The position numbers and the translations under genes are program-made. Shown here one piece after another: positions 13,325-26,022 of a stretch of 64,000 nt of DNA. The stretch covers positions 113,894,001 through 113,958,000 of the forward strand of contig OX597815.1 of assembly GCA_951406725.2 (NCBI GenBank). Reading direction: 5' to 3'. The stretch's first letter is position 1. Every line of letters begins with the position of its first letter. The notes under the pieces were generated by a model. It was not told the DNA's origin, did no database searches, and saw nothing but the letters and a program-made list of their open reading frames with translations. This DNA comes from Octopus vulgaris (lineage: Eukaryota).

Positions 13325-13350
13325 GAAATGAAGTAATCAGAAGATCGGAT

Positions 13351-13390
<40 letters not shown>

Positions 13391-13583
13391 CCAAGTATCT
13401 AAATTTAGGGAGTTTGTAATTTTTTAGTAGTCCGCAATAGGTATAAAAACAACTTTTAGGAACAAAAATAATTTATTGGTGTCAAAGGTTGTAAGCCTTT
13501 CCCATATCAAAGTTTGATAAGCTGAAAAAAGTTTTTTATAGTTCACAGTTAGCAACTTCAGCTGGTATGAATGTGAATAAAGG

Positions 13584-13961
13584 TCCAAATTAAGGGAGTG
13601 GAGCAAGTAAAATCCAGGCTACATATGCTTCCTAGCTAACAGATCCTGTCATGTAATAATTACTCAAATAAAGGTACTCACCTAGTTGCTCATCAGGCTG
13701 AAGATACCCTAATTATATGATGGTTATATTGGTATTAAGGAATCCCAAGAGAACTCACTGAAGATATAAGTTTCAAATTATATCTTCAGTGAGTTAACTT
13801 GGGATTCCTTAATGACAAAGTGACCTTCATATAATTAAGGTATCTTCAGCCTGACAAGTAGCTAGCTGAGTACCCTTCATTGAGTAATTATTACGTCAGA
13901 GGATCTGCTAGCTAGGATACATGTTACTTGGATCTTATCTGCTCCACTCCCTCAATTTGGA
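13584..13961. repeat. Fold-back palindrome, arms about 185 bp, 8-nt loop
   Basis: aactcactgaagatataa-loop-ttatatcttcagtgagtt; agggagtggagca / tgctccactccct. Confidence 0.93.
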
Positions 13962-14059
13962 TTTATATATATGTAAAATCACTATCATCATCAAGGTAAA
14001 CAGCAACATGTCTTGTGTATGTAATTAACTGGTTAACATTTTTTGTGGGGTTCATGGAT

Positions 14060-15280
14060 CTCTTGGATTCCATTGTTCCTGCACCTTTGATACCTACTGG
14101 GATAACACTGGTTGTGATATCCAGCATGTCTTGAGCATCTAAAAGCACATCCCTCTCTGAGTCTAAACACATTTTCTGATTTTCTCCTTTGTTCTCTATA
14201 AATTTGATCAGTTACATTTAATTCTGTTTGTATAAGTGGATTTAGTCTCATGTCAGAATGTAATATCATATTGACAGTTTTAGTTCATTTGCTTATACTT
14301 CTGGTAACTGGCAGTTTTATGTCTTGTCTAAATTTCTAAATGATTTTTTGAAGGTTTTCCAACTGGGTATTGAAATCCCTTGTGAAAATTATTCTAATCC
14401 TGCTTGGAGAGGAAATTTTGTATGGGTTATCTGGAGCAGCTTTAACCATTCAGTCTCATTAAGTAGATTTGTTATTGAAGTCAGAGTAAGTTGAAAAACG
14501 AGAGGGCATGATGAGTCTCACTGGAAAATTTCTCTTTTTATGATTAGAAGACTGGTTTTAATTATCCTTGCTTTACCTTGTAGTAACAATGTTGTTTTTC
14601 ATTTTGACATAGCATGTGTCATGTATCTTGCTAGTATTAGATCTATTTTATTTACATAGAGTGTATCAGATATCCAACAGTAAGGTATACACAATACTTT
14701 TGGTAATCAATTGAGGTCATGCTAAAGTTTTTCTTCTTTTCACTTTTTACTGTTATAATAGCTTTGTTCACTACTAGCATCTTTCTAAAATCATACATCC
14801 CCTTCCGGTATCTTGTCTACTTCTCTCATATTATGCTGATGCTCTCCAAATGAGTGACCTGTCCATTATAGTGTATGGGTTTAAGATCTTTGTATGTGAT
14901 GGGCAAATAAGTAATACCTTTCCTTGACATTTTTGTTTGTGGGGAATTAATGTTATTTTCCCCTCCAACACTCAATCAGGTATTGATGCCGGTTTGCTTA
15001 CTAATTTATTGAATATTATCCCATGTACCCATACTTTAGCCTGGAAGTAGGATCTTTTTCAATCTCTGGGACTTTATAGTTGTCTAAAGTTCTTGATTTG
15101 TTGGTGACTTTCTTGTCACCTATGGAGGCCTCATGCTTATGGTGCTATTATATCTTTCATTTCTTTTCTGATGATGATTCTCTCCTAAATGCTAGAATTT
15201 TCATCAATGATGATGTGTCCTCCAGTTTTATTTAATTTTTTTCTAGTTTTATTTGTTTATGTTCTGAAGAATCTGAAGTT
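14060..15280 (-). mobile_element. Decayed RLE-type (R4/Dong/NeSL-like) non-LTR retrotransposon, RT region
   Basis: Manual minus-strand reading gives GKITLIP, SMTSIDYQK...WI and IKREIFQ*DS (compare MAWIDYKKAFDS and IKRGIFQGDSLSP); many stops. Confidence 0.7.
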
Positions 15281-15479
15281 ATTTGATTGAAACAACTTTT
15301 TCTTTTGGAAGAAGTGCTCACATTTACTAAAGCATGTTCTCCTGTGTTGTGGTTATCATTATCATTTCACATCTCAGAGCTCTTGATTTCACTTGCTCTG
15401 GCTAATTCTGTTACAGTAGACAATAACCTGTTTTCAAGGGTCTCACAGGGTCTCTTTCCATGGTTCTTAACATCCAAGT

Positions 15480-15850
15480 ATCAATCTGAAAATCCTTGTC
15501 ATTGCCAATGAAGCAATTTTCTGACTACCCGTATTTTCTGACTACCCGTATGTCAGTCCTGGTTTTCCTAACAAATTTCTCAAACTGGGTTGTTAATGCT
15601 CCTGGTTCTCCTACAACTACTGGTATGGCAGTTACTTTCTTTATCACCCACATTCATGCAATCTCATCTTTTAGTAGCTTGTACTACTCAGTTCTTTATC
15701 ATTCACTCGTATATCCCCAGGTATGGCAATATCTATGATCTTGGTTTCCTTCATCATTTTATGAACAACAATTTCTAGTCTCTGAGCATCAGTCACTGAA
15801 TCACAATGGATTGTAAAATCCTTCATAACTGAATACCATCTTAATTCTGA
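15480..15850 (-). mobile_element. Restriction-like endonuclease C-terminal fragment of an R4/Dong-like element
   Basis: Minus strand reads DFTIHCD...RLEIVV...YKLLKDEIA*MW...VTAIPVVVGEPG, matching the WDF.I.TD...RPDIVV...KY..L..E...MW...V.PIVVGALG pattern. Confidence 0.7.
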
Positions 15851-18800
15851 CAGCCACTGTTTTTTAACATATTACTTGCCAGACCACTCCATTGCTGGTA
15901 AGATCATATTGGGTTTATAATAATATTAATTTCATTACTAGTTCCTTAACAGACACTGAACCACTAATTTGTTGGAAAGTGTATAATCAATTCAATTGCC
16001 TCAGTACATTACTTGTAGTTATGTTATCAATCCCAAAGGCATAAGAGGCTGGGTCAACTTCAGCAGGATTTGAACTTGAACCATAAAGAGATGTAACAAA
16101 AACCACATTGCATTTAGTCCAGTTCTCCTTACCCCTATTATTCTACTGGTCATTTATATCATAATAGTAATGAAAAATGATGATTATTTATCTTCAGGTT
16201 ACACTGTCTCACTGTAGAGGAAGGTTACAATCTTAGTTTCACTGTAGAGGGATAAGTATGCTTCTGGCAAGATAAAACAACTCAGTTTGATTCTCAATTG
16301 AAATAAATTTTCTCCTCTTACTTTGCTAGAGTCCTTAAATGCTTCTTGGCATTTTTTTTATAGTTCTTTGATGCTCCTAACCAAGAGAAACAATTATCAT
16401 TTTCATTTTTATCTCTACAGATTTTCTTTAAAATTCAGAACAAATACTAAAAGTTTTAATGTTTTGTATATGAACACGTTTATGTAAACATTGCATATTT
16501 CAAGAGTTGTTATATACATATACACCCATTACCTATTTCTTGCATCTGCAGTTGTATTATTTACATAAATGTATTCATATATGAAATGTCATAGCTTTCA
16601 GTGCTGGCTCTGAATTCTATAGAAAATCTATAAACTTAAGAATGAGAATATTGCACTGCTAACACAAAATATTGGGTCCTTACTAGCGATTATTATTTTA
16701 TATTGCTTTTGAAACAACTTCTTCATCAGTAGAACTCTCACTGAAGATATCAGCTGACTTGTGTGACTTCATATCCTCCTGTGCCATTTTTTTTTTTTAT
16801 TTAGTTCTGTTTTACTTTAAAACAAAGAACATGTCAGTTGACCAAATGTGTAAGTAGGTAGTTGATTTGATTGTATTTTCTTATTCTATTCAATCTTCAT
16901 TCCTTGTTTCCAATAGTCAAGTAATCGTGGCCATTTTCAAGTACTGTTACTGTAATCAATGATATTTGTAATAACTGGTATGCTCTTAAGATATCGTACA
17001 AGGATTATTTCTTGATATTTACTTACCTCTATTTTAAGGCTTGTAATCAGTGGAACAAAAAAGAAAATGTTGAACAATATATTTTTAGAAAGTGGTTCTG
17101 TGAGCTAGTTAAAAAATAATTTTAATACTATTTTTGATGTTCAAAATTGTTATGGGCAAATATTTCCATATCTTACAATTCATTAACACATTTTTTACTG
17201 AACAATTCAACTGAGACAATTCCTGGGAATTTGTTGCAAGGAGATTCCAGCAGTAAAAACAGCTTATTCTGAAATATAACAGTCAGCATAACTTTTAAAC
17301 CTAACTATTCACTTATTCCCTACTGATCTAGTCTGTAGTGTGTGTGTGTACGTATGTGTGTGTGTGTGGTATAGAGTGTTATCTAGCTGCTCTAGATTAC
17401 AACACAATTGTAATTGTTGCATTGTTTTTAGATTTCTTTATTTACAATTACATTAGTCTTCATATGGACTCATATGTGCATGGAACAGATTTATAACATC
17501 CTTCATCTTGTTTGACATTTAGCGTTATATTATTGATATTTGTTTTCATCATGTCATTTATAATCACGAAGGTCTAGTCTCCAATTTAAGTACAACCTAA
17601 ATAAACCAAAACCAGTGGACACACATTAAAGGATTTAAATTAAACCTTGAGTAAAAGGCTCTACAGTGTCAGTAGTTATGGTGCTATCTATTTTTATTTT
17701 ATTTTATTATTTCTAACTTATGTCCTCTTAAATGTAGTAATTTTCCTTAAAATATAGTAACATTTCAAGAGGATTTCAAAAAGATATTAGAAGTTAAAAG
17801 CACCAGATGTTGTTTATGTCAGAAATGGATCAAGTATGTGATAGATGAAGGATTGGCAAATTTTAAATGAAGAGTTTTAAACTTGACTTAACAAAATTAC
17901 CAGCTAATGTAAAACAGTTTTTAGTGACTCATGATAGTTTGTTATTTTTTTTAAAGCCATGTAAAAATATTTAAAACACTTGATAATGATGATGATAATG
18001 ATTGACCTAATGTTGATTGATGATTGATCTAATCAACAAAGCATCATAAAATATGGTTCTGATTTTCTTTTCATCAGTTTTCCAGGATAATGTTTATTTT
18101 AATATTTAATGTGAGATTTTCCAATATATCTGCTTGTTGGCATGTTAAAATTGTGAAGAATGTTGACTAGTTAGATTTGCATGCTTCTATTTTTGCTTCT
18201 TTCACATGCCTGCTTTTGTTGGCATTTAGTTTTTCATATCATATTTTGTCTTTCCAAGAGTAATTATTTTACTTATATGGAATTGTTGTAAAGAAAACGG
18301 ACTTTTGAAGGGATTGTTGTGAGAGATATATTATTTCTTTCTTATATTTTGCTTTGCTTTTGTTTCTCAGGATACCTTAGATGTTTAAATCTTCAGATAA
18401 GACATTTCTTCTTGCAGGTTTTTTTTTTATTTCCTGACTGTTTGCTTATGTTCATCAGATACTTCCATTATTTCTCTAACTACTGAGCTTGATGCAAGTT
18501 TCTTTTCAAGGTTAAATTTGAAGTTTTCAGCTTAACAAACCAAAACACAATGCTTGCATGTAATCATGAAAATAATAATTTACCATTTTTAAACAAATGT
18601 TGTCGGCTAAGGACTGAACTTACATTTCAGTTCTGGAATTCAATATTTAACTAAATAAACTACGCTAGAATCCTTAAATATAAGACTATATTTTAAAAAA
18701 CCAATTAGATAATTAAATTTTAGAAAGTATTGTGTTATTAATCATTAAATATTTGAGAATTGAAATATATTGTTTTCAAAATTTGGCACAAGGTCAGCAA

Positions 18801-21800
18801 TTTCAGGGGAGGTGGGCAAGCTGATTACATCAATTCCCGTGTTCAACTAGTATTTATTTTATTGACTCTAAAAGTATGAAAGGCAAAGTCAACCCCTGCA
18901 GAATTTGAATTCAGAATATAGACGGACAAAATGCCGCTTAGCATTTTGCCTCATATGCTAACAATTCTGCCTGCTTGCTGCCTTAGAGAATTGAAATATA
19001 TTAATTAATAATGTATTTTAATAATTATATATTTGAATTGTGGGGATTCAGTGTCATTACAGCAACTTTGTTGTGTATGATCATCATTCTTACTGTCAGA
19101 ATTTTGATGGAGCATTATGCCATGTCCATCCTATCTTCTTTTCAGATGGAGTGTATCTAGAACTACATTAAACAATGTCTTTGCTTTCTTTAAAATGGAT
19201 GGGTGTAATTTGAGAGAGATTAGGCTGCTATTTCGTACATTGACCAACCATGTAAATGAAGCTAATCTTATATTGTGCTGCTAAATATGATGTGGATCTT
19301 CTTTTCATCTTGTATTGCTCAGTGAGAATCAACATATTTTTCCACTTCTTCAGATCTGTGTATCTTCATAATATTATCACTTACAAATTTAGGAGCTTTT
19401 TTAAACTGAAATATATGAATTATGAAGAATCATTTTCTTTTCACCTCTTTATTGGTTGGAATTAAATAGTTCATGTATATTTTTATAATTCTTGTGTTCA
19501 AATCTAAAAATAATTATATTTAGTATGAAGAAACAATAATTGCTTATGATGAAATAAGGCTTCAATAATATTGATATATTTAACAAAATCAATATTGCTT
19601 ATGATCAAATAAAGTTTTAGCTTAGAATAAGGTAATGTAGTATAGCCATTTCCATTTTCTTGTCAAATAAAGTTCTTAACAGTTATGATTTTATCATAGC
19701 AACATTACTAGTTGTGTTGTTACTGCATGTATTGATAATAGACTAAAACTATGAAAATGAATGAGTAACTAAATATCCAAGATTATCAACTGAATGAAAT
19801 GACTGCATTATATTTGTTCAGTTGGAAGGAGTTGCAAGATTCAGATTAACATCTCACTTTTCATACCTCATAGCAATTTTTTAATGCACCAACTAATATA
19901 AATACTATATAAGAATCTTGTACCAGTATTTGACTATTAGTAATTTTCTGTGTAGCTATTTTTCTAACTTTATCTCATTTGTGTAGTTAATTTGTCTGAT
20001 TATTTGTCACCTCTAATTAATTAATCAACTAGGTAATATTAATTCAATGTTGCAGATCATTTTCAGCTGTTGTCAAGTAATATTATATTGATGTCTGCAT
20101 GAATCAAATCAGCAATACTTACATTTTATTTCTTCTCTGTTTTCACTTCTTTTATTCTCAGTCTGTATGAAATTTAATAATATAAATGTACTGGGTACTT
20201 CATGGAACTTTGGAATGATTAACTCATCAATCATCAAAAATTCCATCATCATTGTTATCATCACCATCAACAACATCTACAAAAAACATAATTTGAAAAC
20301 TTCAAACTTCATTTAAATTGTGATATCAGAAAGCCTATACTTAAAGAAAGAAGGTAGAGAAATTGGCATTACAATACAAGAATTGCATGTGATAAGGGAG
20401 TTAACCTTATTTATTGATTTACATTTAGATGATTGCACATGTGATTGATGATGCTTAACAAAACATCAACTACACGTACTTAAAACCAAACTAGCCAATA
20501 GAGAAGCAGTTGATGTTCTGCCTTTTTGTTTTGTTGCTGGGGTTTTTTTTTTTGTCTTATCAACATATGCAAAATTGAATAATTTTATTATATGATATTA
20601 GGTAAAGGCTTCAGAGAAATTCTGAAATTATATGCTGTTTTTATAATTTCTTTTAAGATTATAAAAATAGCTCTGTGTCATGTCCACTATCATCCCTTGC
20701 AGTCCGTTATTGTCATTATCATCACCTACAATTAAATCTGCCTGTTTTTTTTTTTTTATGCATCTTTGTCTCCCTCTTTCTTTCTATTTCTTTCTTAGCG
20801 TTTCTCTTTAGAGATAGTATATAACCTGAAATAAATGAAAAGCTTTAATTCTTTAAAATTAACAACAACAAAAAATTCTTAAAAGTAAAATTCCTTAAAG
20901 CTTCAACCTGAAACTAGTTTTAAAAAAATATTATTATTCAGATTGAAAATGCTAGTAAATATGAAGACAATGAATGATGTAAGAGTATCTTTGGTGCTTA
21001 TTCACCAAAGTACCTATCTTTCTAAAGATATCAAGGTTTCTTTTGTTAAAGTTATTCAGTTCAGTCATGGATCTTTAAATGATCCTGATGCAAAATGGAC
21101 AAAAGATAGTAATGTGTCTTTTGTCACTTGAAGATGTTTGTTTTAAAAAATAACTCAAAATAAAAACTTCAGCATTGTTGAAGAAGGAACTTCATTCTGA
21201 CCAAAATCAGTTTGTATTATTATGTTTGGAGTGTTTTATTGTATTCCAGTGAATGTAGATTCATCTTTTGCATGGTCTGATAAATTCATGAATAAAATTC
21301 TAAGTGGCCACTACATTTTCACATTTACTGCCTTCATGTGAAGAAAAGTAAGGGGAATCCTTCTTTTTCCCAAGTGTATTTGCACTTCCTGGGAATTGAA
21401 ATATGATTGCCAATGAGAATTTAGATAGAGTTTGCTACCAGTTTCACCTTTACTTATTCAGGTAAGAACTTACTGTCGTCTCACAATATGTGGTACCTCA
21501 TGTGTGGTGGCTTGGCCTGTTAGAATTGGCTACCAAATCTTACTCTATCATCTTTAAAAAAATGTGTGGCACATTGAATAATGTAGTTCTAGACACTATA
21601 CCTGCAAAAAAAAAAAGTTGTGATGATCATTGTTTGAATGTCTTTTATTGTGGGTTTATTCAGTCAAGTTTGACATGAGAATAAATAACAAGAATGGTTC
21701 ATTAGTAGTATGAGTAAGCAATGAATTTATAATGTTATTTATGAATCAAGAATATTATCTGAAGAATAGCTTAATATTAACAATAATGACATCAGGTCTG

Positions 21801-22341
21801 ATTTGTTTGAGAAATGTTGTGGGTGTATGGTTTTGTACCATGAGAAACAAAACATACTAGTTGACAGATGGTACACAAAACAGAGGTAGACAAAAATAAA
21901 CTCCTCACCAATTGCTAAATGAAATAACTAAATGATAAGTTATTTAGAAAAACAAACTCAATTTATGGGAGCAAGGGAAAAATAGCTATGAAAAGAATGG
22001 TGTTGATGAATGCGCATCTATGTACCAATTCATCAAGTCACCATGTATCTATTCTCAGACCAGCACTACAGATATACTATTTTAGACTGTTGCAGTCTTT
22101 AATTTAACTGTTTAAGAGTCAGCTAGTATATGTATGACTGATTATAAATAGAATGTAGAGCAGAATCCCTAATCATATGGAATATACTTTAGTGGTATGC
22201 AATAAAAGATTGTTATTTGAAGCAATGTGTGTGTGTGTGTATGTGTGTAGGATATGAAGCAAACCCATGTAAGCTCCAATTTGATATAAAAGGAAAAGAA
22301 CAAAAAATTCATTGTTAGAAACCAAGCTACATTATTGTGTA

Positions 22342-23581
22342 CAAGATCTGATCAATAAGGATCTGGTGCTATAAAAAGAAAACTACAATACATACCAATT
22401 TGGCATTTAACCTCCTTCAAAGTTGTCCCCTTCAGAAGTCACACGCTTAATCCAGCACTGTTTCCATTGATGGAAGCATTCCTGGATAATCAGGGATAAT
22501 CAGCTGTTGCCTCGTCACATTCACTTTGATTTCCTTGATGTTCTAGAAACTTCTTCCTTTCAAGTGGTATTTGATTTTTGGCAAGAGGAAGAAGTTGTAA
22601 GGGGCAAGATCTGGGGAATACAGTGGCTGTTGGACCTGGGAAATGCTGTATCTAGCCAAAAACTGCTGCACAAGCTGCACTGAATGGGCAGGTGCATTGT
22701 CATGGTGCAATTGTAGCCTTTTCCAACAGATAGCATCCAAAAAATGCCGCAAAATGTCATAGTACTCTTTGTTTACTGTCTGACTAGGTAGAGCATACTC
22801 ATGATGAACAATCCCCTTGTAGTTGAAGGAAACGGTCAACAGTGTCTTCACATTGCTTCAACTTATTTGTGCCTTCTTCAGTCTCAGAGAGGAGGGGGGG
22901 TCTTCCACTGCAAAAACTGAGCCTTTGTTTGGGGGTCATAGCCATAGTGATGTGATTCATCACCCATTATGACCGTTTTCAAAAAGATTTCATTGTTCTC
23001 GATACAATCAAGGAGATCTTGCGCAGCTGAAACCCAAGTATCTTTCCAATCAGCTGAAAGCAGTTTTGGTACAAACTTGGCAGACGTGCATCTCATATCC
23101 AAATCTTCGGTGATAATGGACTGAACTGAATTGTAACTAATCTGCACATCCTCTCATAACTCACGGAAGGGTGATTTGATGATTTCCCCTCACAGTTGCA
23201 TGCACATCTGCAATGTTTTTCTCAGTTCTGCTGGTTGCAGGTCTCCCAGAACATTCATTACTATTGACACTTTTTTGGCTCATACACTCTTCTCCATACA
23301 CTTTCTGCAACTTTGCATGGGCCTCTGAGCAGGTATCTCCAGGCTTTTAGTAAAATTTGATGCAGATTCTCTTCTCAACTTTCTGTCATGGTCAATGTGA
23401 CAATCACACACTACATGTTCCTTCCAAGCACTGCTGTAAACAGCAGAAGTGAGCTAGAATGATAAAACTTAGTGCCTATGCACAGCAGAGTTCAAGGTCA
23501 ATCTCTGTCAAGCAGCTTAACTCTGTATGCTTTAGTTTCATTACTATGGCAACAGTCTGGATATTTATTGATCAGATCACA
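22342..23581 (-). mobile_element. Full-length decayed mariner (DD34D-type) DNA transposon, frameshifted transposase pseudogene
   Basis: ORF fragments carry FVPKLL, GDESHHYGYDPQTKAQ, HHDNAPAH and YSPDLAPYNFFL. Imperfect TIRs caagatctgatcaataagga / tatttattgatcagatcaca; TA on both sides (22340-22341, 23582-23583); about 1.24 kb. Confidence 0.93.
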
Positions 23582-23870
23582 TAAATACTGCCTCTATTAC
23601 ACCCATATTGAGATTGCACTTCTCTTGCGATATATTTCAATACACATTTTACATTGACATACAGCTAATGATATAGACCTCTCTTGCAAGCATTGGTTAG
23701 AGAAAACTCCAGAGATTCTTGATAGAATATTCTGACATTAAACCTTTAGAGTTGAACTCTATGGATACTACTACACTGAAGAAGGTAGAATCATTTTTAT
23801 GAGATGCACAACCCCAAAATGTTGTTATTTTAAAGTTATATGAGGAGTATCTGATTTTCGCTAAGGTAAA

Positions 23871-23988
23871 GTGTGTTTGTGTGTCTACATATGTACATAT
23901 ATGTGTGTATGTGTGTGTGGATATGTGTATTTTATATATTTATATATATATATATACATGAATGAATGTGTGTATATATATGAATGCA

Positions 23989-24020
<32 letters not shown>

Positions 24021-24088
24021 TATATATATATATGTGTGTGTGTATATATATATATGTGTGTGTGTATATATATATATGTGTGTGTGTG

Positions 24089-24141
<53 letters not shown>

Positions 24142-24536
24142 TTGTGTGTGTGTATATATATATATGTGTTTATATATATATATATGTGTGTGTATATATA
24201 TGTATATATGTGTGTATATATATGTATATATATATGTGTGTATATATATGTATATATGTGTGTATATATATGTATATATATGTGTGTATATATATGTATA
24301 TATATGTGTGTATATATATGTATATATATATGTGTGTGTATATATATGTATATATATATGTGTGTGTATATATATGTATATATATATGTGTGTGTATATA
24401 TATGTATATATATATGTGTGTGTATATATATGTATATATATATGTGTGTATATATATGTATATATATATGTGTGTATATATATGTATATATATATGTGTG
24501 TATATATATGTATATATATATGTGTGTGTATATATA

Positions 24537-24571
<35 letters not shown>
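23871..24571. repeat. About 700-bp compound (TA)n/(TG)n microsatellite
   Basis: Directly visible; source of the long spurious ORFs. Confidence 0.97.
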
Positions 24572-24572
<1 letters not shown>

Positions 24573-24682
24573 ACCCATGCTAGCATGGAAAACGGACGCT
24601 ATATGATGATGATGATGATGATGATGATGATATATATCATCATTGTCATCGTTTAGCATCCACCTTCCGTGCTGGCATGGGT

Positions 24683-24725
<43 letters not shown>

Positions 24726-25801
24726 GGATGTATATACATGTACATCCAGGCATCACTCACATTATGGCTACCTCAGGTTATGGGATTTTGTATTAATGAA
24801 AATTGTCAAGTGTGACTGCTAATTTCAGGTTTTGATCTGTAATTTCGCCTTTACGGTTTAAAGCTACACTTTCTTCTTAGCATTTTAGTTAAGTTGACAA
24901 TTTCAAAAGCTAAAATCATGACACATGTACACATATATATAAATACATATGTGTGTGCAAATGTTTGTGTATGTTTCACTATAAACTTCTTCATCTCATT
25001 TCCATCCTTACATCCTTAGGATGAAGACAATAACTTTTTACTCACACAGAGTAGTTCATTTTTTGTGCTAGTTGTTTTTACAACATAGTTTTTGTGAAAA
25101 ATTGTTGATCACCATCACTGTTGGATTACATTGAGTTTTAAACTTAAAAAAGGTGTAATGCCACATTTCTTAAACATTAAAGTTTGTAATGTCTGCAGTG
25201 AAAACAATTCATGACAGTGGAGAGAAAATTAAGTCAAGTGCTCAAGAATCTGTTCTGTTAACTGCTTGTGCCTTATTTTTTCATATATTTAATGTGATGC
25301 TTTAAACGATATGGCTCTTGAGTGTATGGATTGAAGATAAGACTTGACATAATGAGCTGATAAGCATAATGGTAATTTTTTTTAAATGGACAAAGGTTTG
25401 TGACAGCAGAAAAAGGGAAATGAAACTTCTAATTGAAAACCTCTTCTGGCTAGGAAAATCTGGTTTGAAAGGTTTAAGAAGCATTTGAGTCTGCATAACA
25501 TAAAGTGACTGTTGAAGTTGTTTGTGTTGATGTGAGGTCTGCTACTAATTATAATGAGCTGCTGATAAACAAAGACAAAAATCAAAACAATGTTGCTTAA
25601 GTGAGCAGAAAAAATATATAATGTTAATGAAACTGCACTTTTCTGATTCGACATTCAAGTAAGAATACATGGGTAACTAAAAGACTTTTCAAAAAGTGAT
25701 CCACGGACACTTGTCTTCTCGCCTCTCTCTTTCAAAAATAAATCCAAACACATTTTCACTTTAAAATATGAAAGTCAATGGGAAGATTAATTTCACATTA
25801 A

Positions 25802-26022
25802 CCCTTTAGCATTCACATTACTCTGCCAAATGTAATACTTATTTATTTAAATTGTTTTGAATTAATTATGCATGATCTTGTAGCTTCGAGATTTTGATGA
25901 TGTGATTGTTTATTTTTAGAATGACATTGTAGGGTTGGTGCAAGAGTCTGGATGTGGTTAGTTTGAACATAAAAGAAAGTAGAATATTTGGGCCTGATAT
26001 GGCTGGCTTAAATGATAAGAGG
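25802..26022. mobile_element. piggyBac-like MITE (TTAA target); related inverted copy at about 51250-51433
   Basis: TTAA|ccctttagcatt ... aatgataagagg|TTAA. The second copy carries the reverse complement of its internal sequence (aaataaacaatcacat, ttcaaaacaat). Confidence 0.75.

Noticed and set aside
20056-20076. Possible 21-nt in-frame microexon
   Set aside because: Weak pyrimidine tract and weak donor; expected by chance.
21375-21461. 87-nt segment with AG and strong cag|GTAAGA sites
   Set aside because: Stop codon in the FRMD4 frame and no homology; a poison exon cannot be supported from sequence alone.
23871-24659. Longest ORFs in the track (138-261 aa)
   Set aside because: Translations of a TA/TG microsatellite (Y/I/C/V/H/T repeats).
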